From Deinococcales bacterium (GTDB lineage: Bacteria; Deinococcota; Deinococci; Deinococcales; JAAFIG01): a stretch of 10,159 nt of DNA. Below are positions 6,008 to 10,159 of this stretch, piece after piece (position 1 is the first letter of the stretch; each line of letters opens with the position of its first letter). The position numbers were made by a program, and so were the translations under genes. Under the pieces are notes generated by a model that searched no databases, was not told the origin of the DNA, and saw nothing but the letters and a program-made list of their open reading frames with translations. Location: the NCBI GenBank assembly GCA_031414595.1, contig JANNVX010000117.1, forward strand, positions 1-10,159, given 5' to 3'.

Positions 6008-7564
6008 ATGAACCTTCCAGAGTACCATTGCGAACCGTACACCGACTACACCCACCCAAATCACGCGGCTGCCTACCGACAAGCGATTGCCAAAGTCTCG
6101 AGCGAACTTGGCAAAGATTACCCGCTTATCATTGGCGACCAAAAAATCATGCTCGAGGATAAAGTCGTTTCGCACAATCCGTGTAAGCCATCTCAGATTA
6201 TTGGGCAAGTCTCGAGTGCCACCAAAGAACATGCTGACCAAGCCATAGAAGTAGCCTATAAAGCCTTTGAAACATGGAAAAACACCCCCCTCGAGACGCG
6301 AGTAGCTGTATTGGTCAAAGCCGCCGCGATTATTCGTGAGCGCAAACTCGAGTACAACGCTTGGCTGACTTACGAAGTCGGTAAAAACTATGCCGAAGCC
6401 GAAGGCGAAACCGCCGAAGCGATAGATTTTCTCGAGTATTACGCCCGCAGTGCCTTAAAACTCTGCAAGCCGATTCAGACCTATCAAATGGCTGGCGAAT
6501 CTGACCGTGCCGAGTATATTCCGCTTGGTGTGGGCGTTAGCATCACCCCGTGGAATTTTCCTTTTGCAATTTTTTTAGGGCAGGCATGTGCGCCGATTGT
6601 GGCTGGCAACTGTATGATTGTCAAACCTGCCGAGGACAGCGCCGTGATTGCATTTAAGGCAATTGAATTGTTGCTCGAGGCTGGGTTGCCATCTGGGGTG
6701 ATCAATTTTCTACCGGGGCTGGGTGAGGTTGTCGGAGATTACTTGGTCAAACATCCAAAAACCCGTTTTATCAGTTTTACAGGTTCTAAAAACGTTGGTT
6801 TGTACATCAATGCCGAAGCCGCCAAAGTGGTGACTGGTCAACGCTGGATTAAGCGTGTGACGCTAGAACTTGGTGGCAAAGACGGAATGATTATTGATGA
6901 AACCGCCAATCTCGAGGAAGCCGCTACTGCCGCTGTCGCTGGGGCATTTGGTTTTGCTGGGCAAAAATGCAGTGCCTTAAGTCGTTTAATAGTGGTCGAA
7001 AGTGTGTACCCCGAAATTCTCGAGAAAGTAATTGCTAAGGTCAATGCCCTAACGGTCGGCGACCCGCTCGAGAATAAGTATGTCAACGCCGTCATCAACT
7101 TAGAATCGCTCGAGAAGTCACGCACCTACTTGGAGCTTGCCAAAACCGAAGGGCGAGTTGTGACTGGCGGCACAGCCTCAAGCAACCCCGAAACCGAAGG
7201 CTACTTTGTGCAACCCACCGTTGTTGCCGATGTCAAACCGACTGGTAAACTTGCCCAAGACGAGATTTTCTCGCCGATTCTGGCAGTTATTCCTGTCAAA
7301 GATTTTGAAACCGCGATGTTTGTGATGAACGACACCGAATACGGTTTAACAGGTGGACTGTTCTCGAGCGACCCAAGCCGTCTCGAGTATGCCGAACGCG
7401 AACTGCATGTTGGCAACTTGTACTTGAATCGTAAAATTACTGGCGCAATGGTTGGTTGTCATCCGTTTGGAGGGTTCAATCTGTCTGGGACAGATTCCAA
7501 AGCGGGTGGACCTGATTACCTACTGCACTTTTTACAAATGAAAAGCATTGCTCGTAAGAACTAG
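6008..7564 (+). CDS. pruA: 1-pyrroline-5-carboxylate (glutamate-gamma-semialdehyde) dehydrogenase, 518 aa
   Basis: ALDH motifs ITPWNFP, SFTGS, LELGGK and catalytic GQKCSA. P5CDH-type EAIDFLEYY and LYLNRKITGAMVGCHPFGG. AGGAG RBS (5998-6002) supports ATG 6008. Confidence 0.95.
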   Translation: MNLPEYHCEPYTDYTHPNHAAAYRQAIAKVSSELGKDYPLIIGDQKIMLEDKVVSHNPCKPSQIIGQVSSATKEHADQAIEVAYKAFETWKNTPLETRVAVLVKAAAIIRERKLEYNAWLTYEVGKNYAEAEGETAEAIDFLEYYARSALKLCKPIQTYQMAGESDRAEYIPLGVGVSITPWNFPFAIFLGQACAPIVAGNCMIVKPAEDSAVIAFKAIELLLEAGLPSGVINFLPGLGEVVGDYLVKHPKTRFISFTGSKNVGLYINAEAAKVVTGQRWIKRVTLELGGKDGMIIDETANLEEAATAAVAGAFGFAGQKCSALSRLIVVESVYPEILEKVIAKVNALTVGDPLENKYVNAVINLESLEKSRTYLELAKTEGRVVTGGTASSNPETEGYFVQPTVVADVKPTGKLAQDEIFSPILAVIPVKDFETAMFVMNDTEYGLTGGLFSSDPSRLEYAERELHVGNLYLNRKITGAMVGCHPFGGFNLSGTDSKAGGPDYLLHFLQMKSIARKN

Positions 7565-7815
7565 CCCTCGGGTTCGCCTATAATTTCTCGAGCATCCTCA
7601 GCACACACTTCTGGCACGTACAGCATCACATCACCTTGGTACGCGCCAGCTTCGACTTCGATGACGTTATTGCCCATGACCCAACCAAAAGGGGTTCTTA
7701 GCACACTGGGAATCCCTTCTGGCTCGAGCATTCGCCTGAATGATTCGGCAATTGGGCGTGGTTGGGTCTCGAGGTAAACCCATGTGTTACCGCCTAGGGT
7801 GACTGTTTCGGTCAT
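7561..7815 (-). CDS. Small DUF2007-like (putative signal-transducing) protein, 84 aa
   Basis: Pattern W...AE...LExEGIP...LYVP...AEDAREII. Leaderless TAGACT-N6-ATG upstream. Shares the stop palindrome CTAG with convergent pruA. Confidence 0.7.
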   Translation of the reverse strand: MTETVTLGGNTWVYLETQPRPIAESFRRMLEPEGIPSVLRTPFGWVMGNNVIEVEAGAYQGDVMLYVPEVCAEDAREIIGEPEG

Positions 7816-7827
7816 GGGTTTAGTCTA
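7816..7827 (-). promoter_or_regulatory. Leaderless-type -10 element for the DUF2007-like gene
   Basis: Minus strand reads TAGACT-aaaccc-ATG. Confidence 0.6.
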
Positions 7828-7840
7828 CTGTATTTTGCCC

Positions 7841-7970
7841 TTGACGAAAGCATCTGGTCTGTGCTTACAATTAGCGCAGATGCTTCTGACCGCACGAGCT
7901 TGACCGCACAAGACCACCCCACTCGGGGTTTTGTCTTGTGCGAATCACTCGAGTGAACAGAAGTTTTTTT
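7841..7970 (+). promoter_or_regulatory. Promoter plus structured 5' leader (candidate attenuator) of the aminotransferase
   Basis: TTGACG (7841), 19 bp, TACAAT (7866). Mini-ORF 7880-7903 (MLLTARA*). 10-bp stem 7905-7914/7933-7942 within a longer imperfect hairpin ending in T7 (7964-7970). Confidence 0.55.
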
Positions 7971-8008
7971 ATGCTTGCTCGAGCAGGTTTGTGCTAAAAA
8001 GGATATGT

Positions 8009-9151
8009 ATGCGTAATCTCGAGCAAGTTCTTCTCACCCCCGGTCCTACGCCCATCGAGCCTCACGCCCAAAAAGCCCTGTCTTTCCCAATGCGTGGTCA
8101 TATGGATCCCGAGGTTTTTGCCCTGAATAATAGGGTTCAAGAAAACCTCAAAACATTGTATGGCGCAGATGACTCGGCGTTTACCTGTTTACTGGCAGGG
8201 ACTGGTAGCCTTGGTATGGAAGCTGGGTTTGTCAATCTGCTCGAGCCTCAAGATAAGGTTTTAATTTGTGCCAACGGAAGTTTTGGTTTTCGCATGGCGG
8301 AAATGTGCGAGCGGATTGGAGCGCGAGTTACGGTAGTTAAAGCGCCAATTGGTCTGGCAATTAAACTCGAGGATGTCAGGGCAGCACTCGAGGCAGATTC
8401 GTTTAAGCTGGTGGCAGTAGTGCATGGTGAAACCAGTACAGGTGTCTTAAATCCTGCCGTCGAAATTGCAAAACTAGCCAAATCTTATGGTTGTTTAGTG
8501 ACCGTGGATGCCGTCACCACAGCCGGAATGATGCCGTACAAGATGAATGAATGGGGGATTGATTATGCTTACACGGGTTCTCAAAAATGCCTCAGCGCCC
8601 CTCCGGGGGTTGCGCCAGTCGCCTTCTCGAGCGCCGCGATTCGGACTGTCGAAAACCGCAAAACCAAAGTACCACTTTGGTACGCCGACCTCGAGGGCTT
8701 GCAAGCCTACTGGAATCGTCAAGAGTACCATCATACTGTCCCAGTGCAACTGCATTATGCTTTGGATGCGGCTTTAACTGCTGCGCTTTCTGAGGGGCTA
8801 GAAGCTCGAGAAAGGCGTGTCCATGAAGTTGGCGCAGCCGCCCTTGCCGCCCTCGAGACAATTGGGTTTTCGGCGTTTGTGGATAATCCGTTGCAACGTT
8901 TACCCACAGTTTTGGCAGTTCGTTTGCCAAATTCTGTGCAAGATGTACCTGTGCGTTCTGGCTTGCGTGAACATGGCGTGATTGTGACTGGTGGACTTGG
9001 TGAAACAGCCGGTAAAATCTGGCGGCTTGGCTTGATGGGCGAATCGGCTAAACCTGCCATTTACCACCGTTTCTTTGATGCCTTAGAGCAAGTGCTAAAT
9101 GTAAAGGGCTTAATCAGCGCCTTTGATTCTAAACTTGGTATTCGGGCATAG
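8009..9151 (+). CDS. Class V PLP aminotransferase (alanine-glyoxylate/serine-pyruvate family), 380 aa
   Basis: Motifs [31 protein letters not shown]-lysine [15 protein letters not shown] and WRLGLMG. AAAAGGA RBS before ATG 8009. Confidence 0.95.
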   Translation: MRNLEQVLLTPGPTPIEPHAQKALSFPMRGHMDPEVFALNNRVQENLKTLYGADDSAFTCLLAGTGSLGMEAGFVNLLEPQDKVLICANGSFGFRMAEMCERIGARVTVVKAPIGLAIKLEDVRAALEADSFKLVAVVHGETSTGVLNPAVEIAKLAKSYGCLVTVDAVTTAGMMPYKMNEWGIDYAYTGSQKCLSAPPGVAPVAFSSAAIRTVENRKTKVPLWYADLEGLQAYWNRQEYHHTVPVQLHYALDAALTAALSEGLEARERRVHEVGAAALAALETIGFSAFVDNPLQRLPTVLAVRLPNSVQDVPVRSGLREHGVIVTGGLGETAGKIWRLGLMGESAKPAIYHRFFDALEQVLNVKGLISAFDSKLGIRA

Positions 9152-9158
9152 AAAAACC

Positions 9159-9187
9159 TTGACTTTACAAAAACCATTGGATACCCT
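9159..9187 (+). promoter_or_regulatory. Sigma70-type leaderless promoter of the GNAT gene
   Basis: TTGACT (9159-9164), 17 bp, TACCCT (9182-9187), 6 nt, ATG (9194). Confidence 0.7.
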
Positions 9188-9193
9188 CAAACC

Positions 9194-9959
9194 ATGATTC
9201 ATTCACTTGGTTATAAAACCGATTTATTCTTGCGTGGTTTTGAAGGCGAAATTCTCGAGCGCAACGAGTACACCGTGATTCGCACACCGAAAAATCCGAC
9301 GTTTCGTTGGGGTAATTTTTTACTGTTCAAACGCGCTCCGACCCTTTCTGACCTCGAGCTGTGGCAAGCCGCTTTTAGCCTCGAGCATGGCGCAGTCCCA
9401 CACATTGCCCTTGGTTGGGATGACCCAGAACAAGGTGATGTTAGCGCATTTACGGCGGCTGGGTTTGACTTTGACCAAAGCATTGTCATGACTGCGACAT
9501 CGGTTCACCAGCCGCCAAAAATCAATCCCGATTGTCAAATTCGCCCACTCGAGGGGTCTGATTGGCTCGAGTGGATAGACATGGAATGTGCCATCAATGA
9601 AGCGCTACCCGAATCGGAGCGCGAGGGGACTGGCTACCGCGTTTTTGTTGAACGCAAAGGCGCAGAGATGCAACGCATGAGTGCAGCTGGTCATGGGCAT
9701 TTCTGGGGTGCTTTTCTGGGGAATAGATTGGCAGCAAGTTTGGGCTTGTACTTCTGGCAGGGCGTGGGCAGATTCCAGTGGGTGGCAGTTTAGGCGGCGT
9801 GGTTTATGCGGCACACTGGTGCATCATGTGGCAAAACTTGGACTCGAGCAGGTAGACACACTGGTGATGGTGGCTGACCCTGAGTATGTGGCGGCTGGAA
9901 TTTACGAAAGTGTGGGGTTTAAGCCGAGCGAAAAACAATTCCAACTCGAGAAGGTTTGA
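9194..9959 (+). pseudogene. GNAT family N-acetyltransferase, frameshifted at about 9790
   Basis: The first frame ends RFQWVAV* (TAG 9791-9793). The +1 frame continues with the acetyl-CoA motif RRRGLC and AAGIYESVGF to TGA 9959. Confidence 0.8.
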
Positions 9960-10018
9960 TGCGGGTTGTTTGATGAAATCTCCAGACGATTGTCATTGGG
10001 TAGTGTCCACAGTGTAGC

Positions 10019-10158
10019 CTTAGGAACTGTCCAAGAATAACTTCCTGATTTCAAATAGACCAAAAACAGACAATTGGTCACAGGGCGGACACGGGGGTCC
10101 GCCCCTACCTGACGTATTTTTATGGATTTTGTAGGGACAGACCCCTGTGTCTGTCCTG
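10019..10158. repeat. Right copy of the 140-bp repeat (inverted), with REP hairpins at 10083-10108 and 10131-10156, truncated by the window edge
   Basis: Exact reverse complement of 1..140. Begins CTTAGGAACTGTCCAAGAATAA. Confidence 0.95.
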
Positions 10159-10159
10159 C

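Larger units (their letters stand above)
166..9950. repeat. Dispersed, highly iterated palindrome CTCGAG (about 75 copies)
   Basis: Manual count of about 75 copies, first at 166 and last at 9945, in both coding and intergenic DNA. Confidence 0.95.

Noticed and set aside
7878-7970. Leader hairpin as SRP RNA, tRNA, T-box or glycine riboswitch
   Set aside because: I see no SRP GGAA-loop domain, cloverleaf, T-box motif or glycine aptamer consensus.
284-9814. Numerous 60-130 aa alternative-frame and antisense ORFs
   Set aside because: They are shadows of well-supported genes, with no motifs or translation signals.
166-9950. CTCGAG copies as a CRISPR array, tandem repeat or cloning (XhoI) artefact
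   Set aside because: Spacing is irregular, flanks are not conserved, and sites sit in-frame within intact conserved genes.
9681-9959. 92-aa ORF as an independent gene
   Set aside because: Only the part after about 9792 is GNAT-like. It is the frameshifted C-terminus of the gene starting at 9194.

Overview
About 10.2 kb of bacterial chromosome, probably Deinococcota. That assignment is inferred from the monofunctional PRODH and PruA, and from repeated leaderless TANNNT-N6/7-ATG promoters. The core is a GntR-led proline/ornithine catabolic operon: gntR, proline dehydrogenase, OCD/mu-crystallin family enzyme, P5C dehydrogenase. It is interrupted by accessory genes: two PH-domain-like membrane paralogs, a hypothetical protein and a ParE-type toxin-antitoxin pair. 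Flanking genes are a divergent BTAD/TPR protein, a small DUF2007-like gene, a class V aminotransferase behind a structured leader, and a frameshifted GNAT. Three signals stand out. (1) The palindrome CTCGAG occurs about 75 times by manual count, against roughly 2-3 expected, like a HIP1-type highly iterated palindrome. (2) The two ends of the window are a perfect 140-bp inverted repeat carrying GTAG-type REP hairpins, most likely contig breaks at copies of a MITE/REP element. (3) There is a candidate leader-peptide attenuator upstream of the aminotransferase.
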